A stretch of DNA of 57,204 bases. Origin: Rhynchobatus australiae (taxonomy: Eukaryota). Position 1 is the stretch's first letter. Every line of letters starts with the position of its first letter. Where the stretch lies: contig JAUZTB010000084.1 in NCBI GenBank assembly GCA_034780895.1, positions 5,106,715 through 5,163,918 on the forward strand. Direction: 5' to 3'. The position numbers were made by a program, and so were the translations under genes. Under the pieces are notes generated by a model that saw only the letters and a list, made by a program, of their open reading frames with translations, searched no databases and was not told where the DNA came from. Shown here piece by piece: positions 1 through 13,289 of this stretch.

Positions 1-1149
1 TAGAGCCTAAGTGGTTGAAGACACGGTTGGCCACTCTGGAGTGACAGAAATCGGGGACGATTGACAATCCAGACTTGGAGCAGTGCAGATTACAGAGATA
101 ATGGTACGGCCAAGGTCTGATTTGAAAACCAAGATGGGTATTTTTTAAATAGTAGGGACCAGAAGTCTTTCTAGGTCAGTGAGCATAGTGTGAGCTAGAA
201 ACAGCACATTGAAGGAAATCAGCAAAATATGCATTAATTTTACTGCCCAGCCAGAATTCGAGGCGGACAAACCAAGGCTCTGCTAAAGAAAGAAACGGGA
301 TAGCACGAGCAGATTTGAACAAAAGCCAGCACTGTCCCTTTAATTAGCAGAGCTGGCCTCCCACCCCAAACCCCAGCCTCCATCTGCAGTTTGGCCTGGA
401 GCGTCACAAGAACCATGTTACTGTCCGTTAGGCTGACACCGTCTGGTGGTGATTGTTGGGGGGGGGGAGGGGGCTGCCCAAGCCGGCACACGCTGCCAGG
501 TCAGAGGTCGGAGCCTGAAGTGTGGCAAAAACTGTCGCAAGTGAATGAGTCTGTCCTCCGGGGACCTAACCCAGCGCGTGGCTCATCTCCCAAAGGCTTG
601 CAGCCTGCAGTCTGTTACTGAACCTCGCCAACAATGGGCCAGCTCCTTTTAGCCAGTGTGGGTTGGGGTGGGGGATGGGAGATGGATTGAGGCTTCAGCT
701 ACATCCATTAGTCTTAAACCCCTACCGCTTGTATTAAAGCTGCCAAGTATCCAATCGAAGCAGACAATGACTTCTGAGTGCTTTACATTTCTCATCTGAA
801 GTGAAACCTGCCCCTTTTATTTTTGTTCGGCATCCCAGACTCTGTCAAATGGTGCCAATGAAACTTAAATCTGCATAACACAGTCACTGTACAGAGTAGT
901 CCACGCTCACTGCTATGCTTCAAGGCAGCAACATAGAGGGAAGGCGGCATATTTTATCCTTTGCCAAAAGAGTCCCATTCTTAACAACTTGCATTTTTAC
1001 AGGGTGTCTTTAAACATTTGTATAACATTTAAAGCTACCTCTGAACCACATACAGAAATATTAGAGCAGGAAACCAAAAGTAAGTCTTAAGTCAAAGGTG
1101 GTGATGAGATTTTGGGAGAGTATTTATAGAGCGGACAGCATAGTTTCCG

Positions 1150-1530
1150 AATCACAGCCCTTTGAAGTTGAGCGATCTGGATGAAGGTTTAGGGAGGACT
1201 TCATAGTTTTAAAGGCTTTGGACCAAATAAATAATGATGATCTGTTTCTAGTCGCAAGAGGCTTGGGAATCAGAGAACATGGATTTAAGGTGATTAACAA
1301 AAGAATTGGAATAAAGAGACTTTTGCAGAGTGAGTTGTGGTGATATGGAATCCATTAGTTGAAAAGGAGGCAGATTTGAGTATCTTTCAAAAAGGATTTG
1401 GATAAATATTTGAAAGTGCAAACTTTTGCAGCAATGGAGAAGGGATTGAGGATGTTATAAACTGCATATTTCCTTCAAAGAGCCGAAAAATGTATTGGGA
1501 TGGATGGCCCCCGTTTGTTTCGTAACATTC
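1150..1530 (+). mobile_element. Degenerate CR1 LINE 3' fragment
   Basis: Typical CR1 tail phrases: gagaacatggatttaagg, tggaatcc, ttggataaatatttg, gatggccccc. Confidence 0.55.
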
Positions 1531-1799
1531 TATAATTCTTAGATAAATGTTCACAATGGATATCTAAAAGTAGCATAAAGTTACAAATTCCAAGATTCAT
1601 CTCCTTTTGTTAAGGACCTTGAAGCAAGAAGAGAATGGGTCACGTAGGGAGGGCTAAGCACACCCCTTTGAAACATTCAGTCTTGCTGTTAACCATTAGA
1701 ATTGGTTCCTATTGAACCACCCTTTTCCTCTGACCATTCAAAGTTGAGTTTATTGTCGTATGAACAGGTGCACTGAAAAACTTGCAACAACGTCACCAT

Positions 1800-2150
1800 G
1801 CTGACCTACATGACTACCATTCCACCAATGTATCAGATTTAGAATTCTCATCCCTGTGTTCAAATCCCTCCATTACCCTTGCTTCCCCCATGCCCTAAAT
1901 CTTCCCCAGTCTTGCAACATTTTGAGATCTCTACAGTCCTCTAGTTCTGGTCTCATGCATATTACTTGGATTTAATCACTCCACTCTTGGCAGCTGTGGG
2001 TCCAGTTCACACAACTTTGAGTTCTGGAATTCCATACCTTGCCAACATTTCTTAGAAGCTGCCTCTTCCACCAAGTTTTTGGCTCCATGCTGTAATATTT
2101 TCTCATATAAATCGTGTTTATGGGATCTTGGGATGTTTTGCATGATTGAA
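1800..2150 (+). mobile_element. L2-like LINE 3' fragment
   Basis: Shares caaatccctccat..tctggtctc..atcactccact..ctggaattcc with the copies at 28340 and 48330. Confidence 0.5.
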
Positions 2151-2159
2151 TAATAATAG

Positions 2160-3335
2160 TCTATTATTAAAGATGTGGTAACAGGTCACTTAGAAAATGA
2201 TAATAGGATTGAACAGTTAACAGATTCATGGAAGGGAATCATGTTTGACAAACTAGTTAGAGATTCTTGACTTGTAACCAGCAGAATAGATTGGGAGGGG
2301 GTGTGGGCACTGGTGGGAGTGATAATCAAGTAGATTTGATGTGTATAGATTTTCAGAAGGCATTCAATAAGGTGCTGCTAAACAAAATTAGACCATGTTG
2401 GCTGTAATGTTCTAGTACACAATGAGGATTGGTTCCTGGACAGAAACCAGAGTAGGAGTAAAAGTCATTTTCAGGGTGGGAGGCTGTGATTCGTGTAGCA
2501 GAGATCAATGATTTGGATGCAGTATATCCAAGTTTCTGCTAATACAAAGTTGGGTGAAAATGTGTTGTAAGGAGGATGCAAGGGGATATAGACAAGTTTT
2601 CAAGGGGATATATACCATTTCAGTGAATGGGTGAGGACCTGTCAGATGGAACATAGTGTGGAAAAATGTGAGGTCTCACACTTCAGTAGAAAAAAATTGG
2701 ACTAAAAATACTTTTTTCAAATGTAAGTCATTGAAAAGCTTTGTTGCTCAAAGGGACCTAGGTGCCCTTGTACACAAATTATTGAAAGGTAATGTGAAGC
2801 AATTAAGAAGGCAAAAGATATGCTGGATATTATTACAAGAGGATGTGAGTAGATGAGTGAAGATACCTTACTGCAATTAAATTAAGCCCCAGTAAAACTG
2901 AACTGTACAGATCTGGTCCCCAATCTCATGAAAGAGAGCATGTGATCATGATTCACCAGGTTGACCCCCGCAATGGGGAGTATTCGTCCTATGAAGGGAC
3001 ATTAAGAAGATTAGGCCTGTGGAGTTTAGAAGAACGAGGGATGATTTCATTGCATCCTACAACGTTCTTACAGGACTTGAATTTTCTTTTGGGGGGGGTG
3101 CATGTTTCCCCATGCTAGGACCAGGGATCACTGTCTCAACTACCATGCAGGACTATGATGAGGAAGTGAATATTTGGAATTCTCTATCAGGAACTATGGA
3201 GGTTCAGTCATTGCATATACAGAGATTTATGGATTTTTGGATCTTAAGAGAATCAAGGGATATGGAGTACGTGCAGAAAAATCATGGTGAACTTCATTGA
3301 ATGGCAGAGCAGGCATGGCCAAAAGGCCTATAGCT
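2160..3335 (+). mobile_element. Degenerate CR1 LINE ORF2 (RT and 3' end)
   Basis: Frameshifted remnants of SCLTN and DFQKAFNKV, QRDLGALVH, EFRRTRDD and VNIWNSL. Confidence 0.85.
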
Positions 3336-3949
3336 TCTTAAATTCTTTTTCTAAGTGTGCTATGTAAATGAAAATGTTTATTGTTGAAGTAGATGTGGTT
3401 GCTGAGAGCTCAAGTGGCTAGGAATGCAGTAACCAGTATCTAGCAAAAAGTTGCAAAATTTTCAGGATTTCAATAGCTTTCAATTTATGGCAAGTTATTT
3501 TCCATAAGGACCTTTCTAAAGGAACACAGTTTGCCAATAGCAGCACATTCTGTGATGGAAGCAAGTGCATGTAGACTCTTGGCAACAACCCTGCTCAAGA
3601 CCCAACAATGTAGTTGACTCTTAACTGCCTGCTGAGCTTGGGGCAGTTGTGGANNNNNNNNNNNNNNNNNNNNNNNNNNNNNNNNNNNNNNNNNNNNNNN
3701 NNNNNNNNNNNNNNNNNNNNNNNNNNNNNNNNNNNNNNNNNNNNNNNNNNNNNGTGGATGAACAATAAATGCCAGCATTGCCAGCGACATCCACATTCTG
3801 TCCTAATAAAAAAAGCTCTCACTGTGGCAAGAAGAAGCCTTATAAAACGATTACAGTGACTGTCTGGACCACTGCCAGCTTGGCTTTTGTCAGAATCTAC
3901 CCTCAGTTAGCAGGTCACTGGTTTGTTTCACTGCAGAGACATGAATACA

Positions 3950-4400
3950 ACCCTAGCTGATGCTCCTGCTGCGGTACTGAGGGACCACTGCTCTGCCAGC
4001 AGTGCTGATATTTGGGTCTGTCATTAAATGGAGGTCATGTCTGCCATCTGTGGCAAACCATTAATGATGTTACGGCCTGTAGAAGGAAAGATAAACTTGT
4101 ATTTCATAGCAACAGAATAACCCAATGTGCTTTACAACTCGTGCAGTACATTTGAAGACCGTTCAGTGTTGTAGAAAAGCATAGCAAACAATTTATGAAC
4201 AGTACACTCCCACTACTGGTTGGGAGATAAATAATGGACCGGAGACTGGGTGAAAAATGCTGCTCTTTTCAAAATAGTGGCCATGTAATTACATCCACTT
4301 AAGGGAGCAGATATGGGATGTTAAACGGAGAGCCCTTGGAAAAGAAGGCATCTCCATTGGATCAGTCCCTCAGAACTGTAATAGTGTCATGGTAGATTAG
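3950..4400. mobile_element. DeuSINE-type (SacSINE/AmnSINE-like) fragments in both orientations
   Basis: Resembles the better-preserved copy at 43990-44360 (gctcttttcaaaatagtggccatg..acatccacttaagggagcagat). Confidence 0.5.
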
Positions 4401-7400
4401 AAGAAAAGCAAGGGAGTTCTCAGGGAACCAAACAACAGTTTTCCTTATTTACAGTTTGTGGGGTCATCCTGTGAACAAAATGACTGCCATGTTGCTTGCA
4501 TATGAGCAGCTCTTTCGTAGCAATTTTTTGTCATGTAGACAGATGAGATGACATTTCATGTCTGTCAACTGACCTTTGCTAGAAACAGCGTACACACCAA
4601 GAAGAGGATTGGATTGGCATCATCAGTTGAATATCTCCTGTCCATCTACACTCTAAGGTGGGTGCATAAATGCCAGTCAGGTCCCCCAGCAGGAGAGAAG
4701 GAGAGAGAACAAAAAGTCCTGCTGAGGGCTTTTTGCAGTGATCTAAACACTCTGATGTGTTTGGATAAAATGGCCCTGTGTGTGTTTTTCTCTAATTCAG
4801 CAGCCGCTGCCCATTTAATTAAGCACAGGCTCCGTGCCGGAGAATCTAGTTAAAAAGCTGAATGCCACCAGATGCCGGTAAGGGCCACAGGGAACTGACT
4901 GCACCACCGCCAGCCTAACCGACCTCAGAATTCCCTCTCCCTCCCTGCTGCTGGCTGCCATCATTAATTATTAATCAAAAGGAGTGCGAAGGCTTGAGGG
5001 TTTGTTTAGCATTGTGCCCATAACAAGGGGGAAAAAGGGAGGGAGAGAAGAGAGGAAGATGGGGGGAACAGCTGTCAGACCAGCTGCCTGTGGTTGGGAT
5101 CGGGTTACAGTTTTGAGCCCGGCCAGAACTCTTTTTGCTGGCAGGTTCCCAAATGCCAGCCGTCTCTCTGGGGCAGATACACGATAGAGAGTCAAACTTG
5201 TATTGCCCACCCATGGCTTCCTGCACTCTTCCCTGTACCCCAAGTTGCACTGGTTAGTTATTTAATGGCTTGTGGAGCATCACAGCTGACCTGAGCTGGT
5301 GCAGCACGAGCCACTGGCCTGGGCACAAGGGTTTGCCAAACCTGAGGCATTGAGTTGGACAGTTGTGTCCTTGCCTCAGTCACTAGTTGAGAACGTCCCA
5401 ACACGCCAAAGAGCAGCAATTGAACCGAAGTTCACTCCTAGGGTGTGTGCTTCAGTACCACACCACACAGAGTAGTCAAGGCAATGAGTTAACCTGGGTT
5501 TGTACCTTACTCTTTTGGTCTCTGAGTAGTATCACGAGTGATGTCAGAATCCTCGGGAATTCAACAATCAGCCCTACTTCCCTCCATTTAGATATGCTTC
5601 AGCTTGCTCTCGAATTATGCTCAGTTATTTGAAATCTTTGGATGGTTTTTTGAATCACAAAAGCCTTTATGATGAATAGCGGTTCTATAACTGACTTAAA
5701 TGGCAGTAGAGGTTTCACTGGTGTACCTGTATTCAGAACAAAAATATCTGCGGAGGAGTGGGGGAGAAAACATTGGAAAAAGAGTGCAGGGTCCTGCTCT
5801 GAAGCAATATTTAAAACCATTTTGAGCTCAGCATCTGCCATTTTTGCAAGGTAGTCATCACATTGGAGCTGGTACCAGTCACGTTGACTTTGGGGTGATC
5901 TTCTTAAATGTGGCACTTGCTGCTTTGAGCACAGTGGTGACCATGTCGAATGTGGCAGCTGCCTTTTTGAGTTTGGCAGTGGTTGACTTGGAGTCTCCAA
6001 TAATTATATGTTCTTCCCATGGATACTGCTGTGAACGTAAATCTTAAGGGGAATTAAAAATGGTGTATTTTCAATTTAATTTTAAGTGAATAAAAGTATT
6101 CAAAGGACATTGGATATGGAGATGGAAGGACTGTATGATCCTGTGATGAAGCCTCCGGGGATACATGTGGCCAACTAACAGCATTATAGAGAATTGATAA
6201 AATGAGTATTTTAACGTCCATTGAATATAAGATCAAATTGAAATCTAATGAATATAGCAGAAGTTTAGAAAGATAAGAATGGCTTGTATAGGTCCACAGA
6301 GAGCAAGTATTAACTGGCTATTTGACTGTGGCAGGCACAATAGCTGAGCCTGATTTTTATTTTTTGTTTTGTGCCCATCTGACATCAACTGAACACGTTT
6401 GTTGCTGTGGTGTCATGTTTTATCAATGGAAATTGGCTCCGCCTTCTGCATCTGAGAAGTGTGCTATTGTTCATTCAAATAATGCACATGTCAGCCCAGA
6501 CCATTCAATCCAGTGGTGCAGGCTTACTAATGGCTTAACGGTTAGGTCGACTATCACAGCTCAATGGTGAAAGTTTCTTCGAGGTGTACACTTTAAAACA
6601 GGAGGAGGCATTTGCTATTACCCGGCCAACTTTTCCTAGCCTGAGGGTGTGAGGCTTATCTTTGGNNNNNNNNNNCTTGAGCCTACTGTACCATTTAGAA
6701 AGAGGGCATTTGATCTATTTCTTAACTATATCAACCCACCTTGGTTCAATAAGAGTTACAGAAAGATGGGCAAAAAGGAACTAGTTCAGGAAGGCATCTT
6801 GGTTGGTATGGACGATTTGGGCCAAAGGGCCTGTTTCCATGCTGTATACCTCTCTGACTCTAACCAGTCATAATACCCTTGCCTAACGAAAAGTAATCAA
6901 TCACAGTTTTGAAATTTTAAAGTCACCCACTGCCTAATTAGCTTTTTTGGGGAGAGAGTTCCACTGCCCTTGGATGGCCAGGCTGCAAGTTAGAAGCTCT
7001 TGTTCTAGATAAACCCAGCTCAATACTTCCTCTCAAACCACTCCTTCAAAATGCTTCAGTCATCTCACTCTGTTCCACACTCAAGGGAGCATTAATACAG
7101 CCTGTCTGTAATTTAACCCTTTAGTTTCTGGTCATGCCTCAGTCCCTCCAAACTCAGCTGTGGTACGTGGAAAGTTTATAACCCACAGCCCGATATAGAC
7201 AAGAGAGAGAGACACACACAAATGAAATTAAGTTTCTTGCCAACCTCCCATGCCTCTTTTCAATCTCACTTAAAATCGTTGTGACACAGCAAACACATTA
7301 GAGCTAGGTTGAATCATTTCCAGATGTAATATTGCCTTAAATGTGCCAGATAAATGCAAAATTTTGTTGATAATGCTCCTTGTGACTGAATCATCTGGCA

Positions 7401-8269
7401 AGTGACGGTCGCACCATTCTGACTTACAGTTACCCAACGGTCTCTGAAGGTTGGTTAACTAAACCAGAGGGACTTTGGATGGGAGGGAGTAAAAGGATTC
7501 AGCTTTGATAGTAAGGAGGGGTTGGTGGAATGGGTAGGCTGTCAGTTCCTTGGAGTTGCCTGACTGTTGATCAATTAAAGAGCTTGAATCCAGAAAGCAT
7601 AAAGCTGAGCTGAGGCTGGCTTTATGTGAAGTGCCAGTAGGGGATCCTGTTCATAGCTTCTATTCAGTTTGGCAGCCCCTTTTGTCCAATGCGAGGAGCT
7701 GTCAAAGCATCCAGGGTTCTTTGCCTCGACAGGTGCAGGCTTCGAATTCCATGAGGCATTGGAGTTAGAGAGCGCATTCCTATGCTGCAGGCGCACCCAG
7801 ACTCCGCACCAACCCCTTCCCCCTTGCACTCAATGCAGCAATTCACGCTCTCTGCTGGGTAACAGGCAGCTGTCGGTTGGAACAGAAACGCGCTGATTAT
7901 CCCCAGAAAGCAGGCCACGTTGCTAGGAGAATATTCATCCCCCAACCCTGCCCCCCCCCACCAACATCTTGCACCCACTTAATGTAAAGCAGCATTTTCT
8001 TAAAAGAGGCAAAGTGGGACTGTGAGACACAGTAGACTCCTACTGCGTGAGTCTCAGAAAAGAAACTCGCCCCAACCCACCACCACCCATTTTGAACCCA
8101 GGCCATACCAACAGCATTTCTGTAAGAAATAAATGTGGATGGAAAATTCTGACTTTCTTTTCTGATTGTATCAAATAAACAATTTCACTTTTTATCTCAA
8201 CTCCTTCTGCATCCCAGTGAGGAGATGCCAGCAACAGAGAGAGATTGTGGTATATCAGAATGTCACAGT

Positions 8270-8640
8270 TATCGGAGTAAAGCTAAGTAGGGGTTATCGG
8301 AGTGTCACAGTGAGGGACGTGGGGAGTATTGGTGTGTCACACTGAGGGATGTGGGGTGTATCTGAGTGTCAGCGAGGGACGCGGGGTGTGTCGGTGTGTC
8401 ACAACGAGGGACGCGGTGTGTGTCGGTGTGTCACGGCAAGGGACGCGGGGTGTGTCAGAGTGTCACGGTGAGGGACGCGGGGTGTGTCGGAGAGGGATGC
8501 GGGGTGTGTCAGAGTGTCACGGTGAGGGACGAGGGGTGTGTCGGTATGTCACGGTGAAGGACCTGGGTTGGGGCCACAGCAAGGGTTGTGGAACGTATCT
8601 GAGTGTGCCACTGTAAGGGCGTGTCATTGTTGTCGTGACT
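8270..8640 (+). repeat. GC/CpG-rich minisatellite, unit about 29-30 bp
   Basis: Tandem gtgtcacggtgagggacgcggggtgtgtcg(g/a) units, decaying at both ends. Confidence 0.9.
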
Positions 8641-9295
8641 GTCTGAGGTATATCGAAGAGTTGCATTGAGAGCTGTGGGGTCTAACAATGTGACTGTGAT
8701 GGATGCTAAGTTTGTCAGAGCTTTATAGTGAGATATGCAGTAGGTACTTGAGAGCTAAATGTGAGGTATCTCAGCGTTGCTCACGGGTATGGAGTATTTA
8801 GTGTTATAGTATGTTTGTGCGGTGTTACAGTATCAGTGTCTGCAAATGATATCAGAATGTTGAATGTTCTGATGGTACTTTGCATGAAGTAACATGTACA
8901 TTTACTATTCTCAGCCTTCAGTTAGTGCGACCAGTTTTTTTTATAATCAGAGCTCAGGCTGACAGTGACAGGGGAGTGGTAGGCCGTTGCCCACTGGGAT
9001 GTGACCCTTGCCGTCTGCTGATAACATTTTGCAATGTACCATCTGGCGGGGCTAGATTTGAAACCTGCTCCCAGGGGTGATGGGACTGTTGAGTATTGTT
9101 GAAACATTCTCTTCCCCCTACCCCTCCCCACCCCCCCCACCCCTTGTCAAGTCCAATCGTTAAACCTAGAGGCATGTTCAAGGGCTGCTTTTATCTCCAT
9201 ATATTCTCAATGCCTCCCTCTCTCTCATTTCACACAGTGGTCTATCTTGCACAGGCAGCCATTGCCATAATTGCTTGGCTTATAATATCTCTCAT

Positions 9296-9470
9296 TCATT
9301 CTCTCTCTCTTTTTTTCTCCTTCCCTTTTTCTTTTTTTTCTAATTCTCTTTTAATCTCTATTTTTCTTCCTCCTCTTTCTTCCTCTCTTTCCTTTTTTCT
9401 CTCTCGCTCCCTTTCTCTTTCTAATTTTCTTATTTTCTTTCTCTGTACTGTTCTCTCTTTCTCTCGCCTT
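9296..9470 (+). repeat. Pyrimidine-rich (CT) low-complexity tract
   Basis: Almost exclusively C and T. Confidence 0.85.
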
Positions 9471-10589
9471 TCAGAGAGATCCACTCCAGAGGCCAGCACA
9501 AAATTTGGCTGCAGTACCCAGTGTAATGCAAGGGGAAAGGTGCATTATGTGAGGTTCAGTTGTTTGGACAAGATGTTAACTGATGCCCTGTCCCCCTTCT
9601 CAGATGGATGTTAAAGTTCTATAAGCACCACTGGAAGAGATCTGGGATCTGGAATGAACAATATTCTCTCCAAAACATTGTTTGTCACTGGTCAGTGGGA
9701 TCTTGCTGTATAAGTAATTTGTTAATGTGAAAATAATTAATTGATATGGGAAAACAACCTCTCACTCATGTCCTGATCAACTTCCTTCTCTTAAGCCAAC
9801 ACTATGATAACATACAGGCTGAGTTATATTTACATTGCTAGTGGCGGGATAGTGTTGTTATGTCCCGTATTAGCCTTCCCTAGCAGTCACTGCATTTTGA
9901 AGTGATTGTGCACAGCTCCACAAGACTACGATTATGTGGATGTGTTGATTCTTATTATTTTATCATCCAATATCTTACCTCTTGTTGCATCAAAGAGGAA
10001 GGGTCACCTGGAGGTTGCCCCCATTCCAACCCAGGTCTGATAAACAGCCTGAGGCCTTCAGAGTGTTAGGCAAGGGAAAGCAGGAGGAATTCTGTCAGTG
10101 CAGGTATTTTCCAGGAATTTGGAGACCAACCCTTTGGACACTGCCAGCCTGAACAATACAAAATCTCTTACACTTACTCTATTTCCCACACACTGGTGTC
10201 CTGGAATTCTTCTCTGTAGTCAACTGCTATACAGGAATAACTTGCACTGCAGCTTTTAACATGATAAATACTGAAATTCTTCATATAGGCACGATCAGTA
10301 TATGTTGATATCGAACCACATAATGGATATGATCAAAAGCTTGGTTGCGAGCATAGACTTTAACTTGCTTCATAATGGGGAAGTATCTGAGAGTTTAGGG
10401 AAATCCATATTTAAAGACATGGTAGCCAGTGGGCAAAGGGGGACAAATTCAAGACCCTGTAATTATTCTGTTCTCTCTATGCTGCATCCTAACTCCTTTC
10501 CAATTCTCAGATGTAGGGAAGCACAGAACATAATGCCTCACTATTTCCTAATCATGTTAGCCTTGAAAGGATGATGGATTGTGAGCAGA

Positions 10590-10885
10590 GGGAATACTTT
10601 CTTTTTGTGAATGTGAAAGTGGATGTGAGAGGAACAGAGCATGTGAGAGAAAAGTATGTTAATGTTTCTGAGTAGAGTATATAAGGGTACGTTTGAAAGT
10701 GAATGTGCGTGAGAGATTTTGAGAATCTAAGAGTGTGAGAGAGGGTGTGAATGAGTGCATATGTGTGAGTAGTGTATATGCAAGCAAGTGTGACTGTGGA
10801 TTGTTGAGTGTGTGTGAGCGAGTGTACATGTGTAGGTGTTTCTGAGAGTGTACATACGAATGTGTGAGAGTAAGTGTGAAAGAGC
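10590..10885 (+). repeat. Degenerate (TG/AG) low-complexity repeat
   Basis: Runs such as gagtgtgaga and gtgtgtgagc. Confidence 0.7.
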
Positions 10886-11669
10886 TTTAACCAGAATACG
10901 AGGCATGAGTCTCTGTCTCCATTCCCCAAGGAGTTTAGTTCCTGAGCTCCAACGTACTTACACCCAGTGATGAGGGGCCGGATTAGGAAGGAAACCGTCT
11001 GGGGATTCACGTCTTTAAAATTCAGAATTAATCTATGCTGATGTCAAAAATTCAGAACATGTGGCTTTTGTGTCTATAAAGCTAAAAGATGCAAATAGCC
11101 AGTCCCTCACCCAGGGGCAGTCGGAGGGTGGGGGGGGGAGGGGAGTGACGGACTGACAGATGGTCCTGTACAACCAGTAACAAAGAAAGGGGATCAGAGA
11201 ATTTGAGTCCGTTGCACAGCAACCAGTTGCTTGGTAGCTCCTCGATAATATGGAGAAATTAAAAGTGCCGAGACGTTTCATATTGTTTGGCTACTCTCTT
11301 TCCACTCTGAAAATTACAAATTAAAGATCTGTCTTCTGCAGCCATAGTGACCAGGAGGAAGGGGAAGTGGAGGAGAGCAATGAATGATGTGTATCCTGGG
11401 TGGGGTTTTTCTATGTTGTTTGGTGTTTAATTCACATTATGATGGGTTTATGTGATCATTTCAGGTAGAAAGGAAGGTGAGCATAAAGTGAGAGGCCATA
11501 AAATGACCCCCCCCCCCTCTCCCCACCTCCACTCTACACATGGACATTGGTTTCAGTGCTACTGACTGCCCATTGATCCCTGCTCAGCTCAGCCTTTGGC
11601 AAGGGTGGGCCTAAGCAGTGAGTAACACAAGGCTTTTCTACTGTGAGGGGAATCACAACCAGTTCTATG

Positions 11670-12400
11670 AGTTATAGAGTCGTACAGCAGAGAAACAGGC
11701 CCANNNNNNNNNNNNNNNNNNNNNNNNNNNNNNNNNNNNNNNNNNNNNNNNNNNNNNNNNNNNNNNNNNNNNNNNNNNNNNNNNNNNNNNNNNNNNNNNN
11801 NNNGGCCCACCATGCCCTTGCTGCCTGTTGTACCTATCTACACTAATTCCATTTACCTGCATTAGATCCAAAGTCTTCTACGCCTTGATGATTTAAGTCC
11901 TTATCTACATGCTTAAATGCCATGAGTATCTGCCTCCACCATGTCTTCAGGCAGCACATTCCAGACTCCATCCACCCTCTATGTGAAATAAATTCCCCCT
12001 CAGATCCCCTCTGAACCTCCTACCTCTAATCTTAAACCTATGTTCTCTTGTCCTAGATACTCCCACAATGGAGGAAAAAAGATGTTTACTATCTATCCTC
12101 CTCATTTTATAGACCTCTATCAGGTCACCTTTCAGACTCCTTTCCAGGGAAAACAAACCTAGCCTATCCAGTCTCTCCTTGTAACTGTAATGCTCCATCC
12201 TAGTGGACCTCCTCTGCACCAATTCAAACAACATCCCAGTGAACCTTCTCTATACCTCCCCAGCACAATCACGTCCTTCCTATATTGTTGCGGCCTAACC
12301 ATTGTTTTATAAAGCTGATGTCCCAACACATAAGTTCTATGCAATGGCCAATGAAGGCAAGCATACTGACCAATATCCGCACATATGCACTTGTCCACAC
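11670..12400 (-). mobile_element. CR1 LINE 3' fragment (contains a gap)
   Basis: ORF 11947-12234 reads SYKERLDRLGLFSLERSLKGDLIEVYKM, the CR1 ORF2 C-terminus; LYKTMVRPQ lies upstream. Confidence 0.9.
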
Positions 12401-12554
12401 CCCAAACTCACCAGTCATGCACACTGCTCAGTGGAGGTTAGCAGACAGTGAACAGAGCAGGAACCAATTTCTCTCCCTATCCCAATTCAGAACCCTGCCC
12501 ACCAACAACCTTTACTTTTCAACCATTGTAAAAATACATTGGGTAACCCTTTAA

Positions 12555-12790
12555 GACAGATAAGGTAAATTACTTTCTGAGGGTCATGGGTTTTTGGAAC
12601 TCTCTTCCTCAAAGGGCGATGGAAGCAGAGTCTTTGAATAAGTTTAAAGCAAGGATTGATAGACATGATAAGCAAGGGGTTAAAGGCTTCCAGAGGTAAT
12701 GGGGATTTGAGATTACAATCAAATCAGCCATTTTATAGATTGGCAAATCAGATTTGAAGGGCTGAGTGGCCTAGTTCTGTTCCGAATTTG
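12555..12790 (+). mobile_element. CR1 3' tail
   Basis: tctgagggtcatgggtttttggaactctcttcctcaaagggcgatggaagcagagtctttgaata..gggctgagtggcct. Confidence 0.65.
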
Positions 12791-13289
12791 TATGTTTACA
12801 TGTATGGTAAATGTATATCAACTGTCAATCTTTCATTATCACCTTTCTGTTCGTTGGAACTTGGGCACTTGCTGTTTGCAAATTGGCTGCCTTGTTTCNN
12901 NNNNNNNNTACATTACAGCAGTGACTAAAGTACAGAAAAAGTACTTAAATGGCATTAAAGCCTTTGGAACATTATAGTTATTGGGGATGTGGTATAAATG
13001 TGCATCTGTTATTCACCCCTAACATGGAGAACAGCTTTAGGATAAAAGGTGGCTCAAGATTTTAGTACTTTAACTTTGAATGCACAAGTCCTTCAGTAAG
13101 AATACATTTGTAATTTTATATGACATTATCAGTTCTTTCAACATGCCTGAAAGCAGTTAACCTGCCATCGGTAGTGGGGAGAATGTAAAAATCTATTATT
13201 AAAAACACTGGATTTAACTTTGATTTTAATTGCCAATGTTTTTCTCATGCCCCCTGCTAATTTCCCATTTATTTTCACTCCTACATGTT

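Noticed and set aside
4536-4568. Short imperfect hairpin gacagatgagatg..catttcatgtctgtc
   Set aside because: Too short and imperfect to call a pre-miRNA without expression data.
8270-8640. Regularly repeated ~30-bp units (CRISPR-like at first glance)
   Set aside because: Contiguous tandem units with no unique spacers, in vertebrate DNA: a minisatellite.
9096-9614. 172-aa hydrophobic ORF and complementary RE-rich ORF
   Set aside because: Produced by a CT-rich tract.
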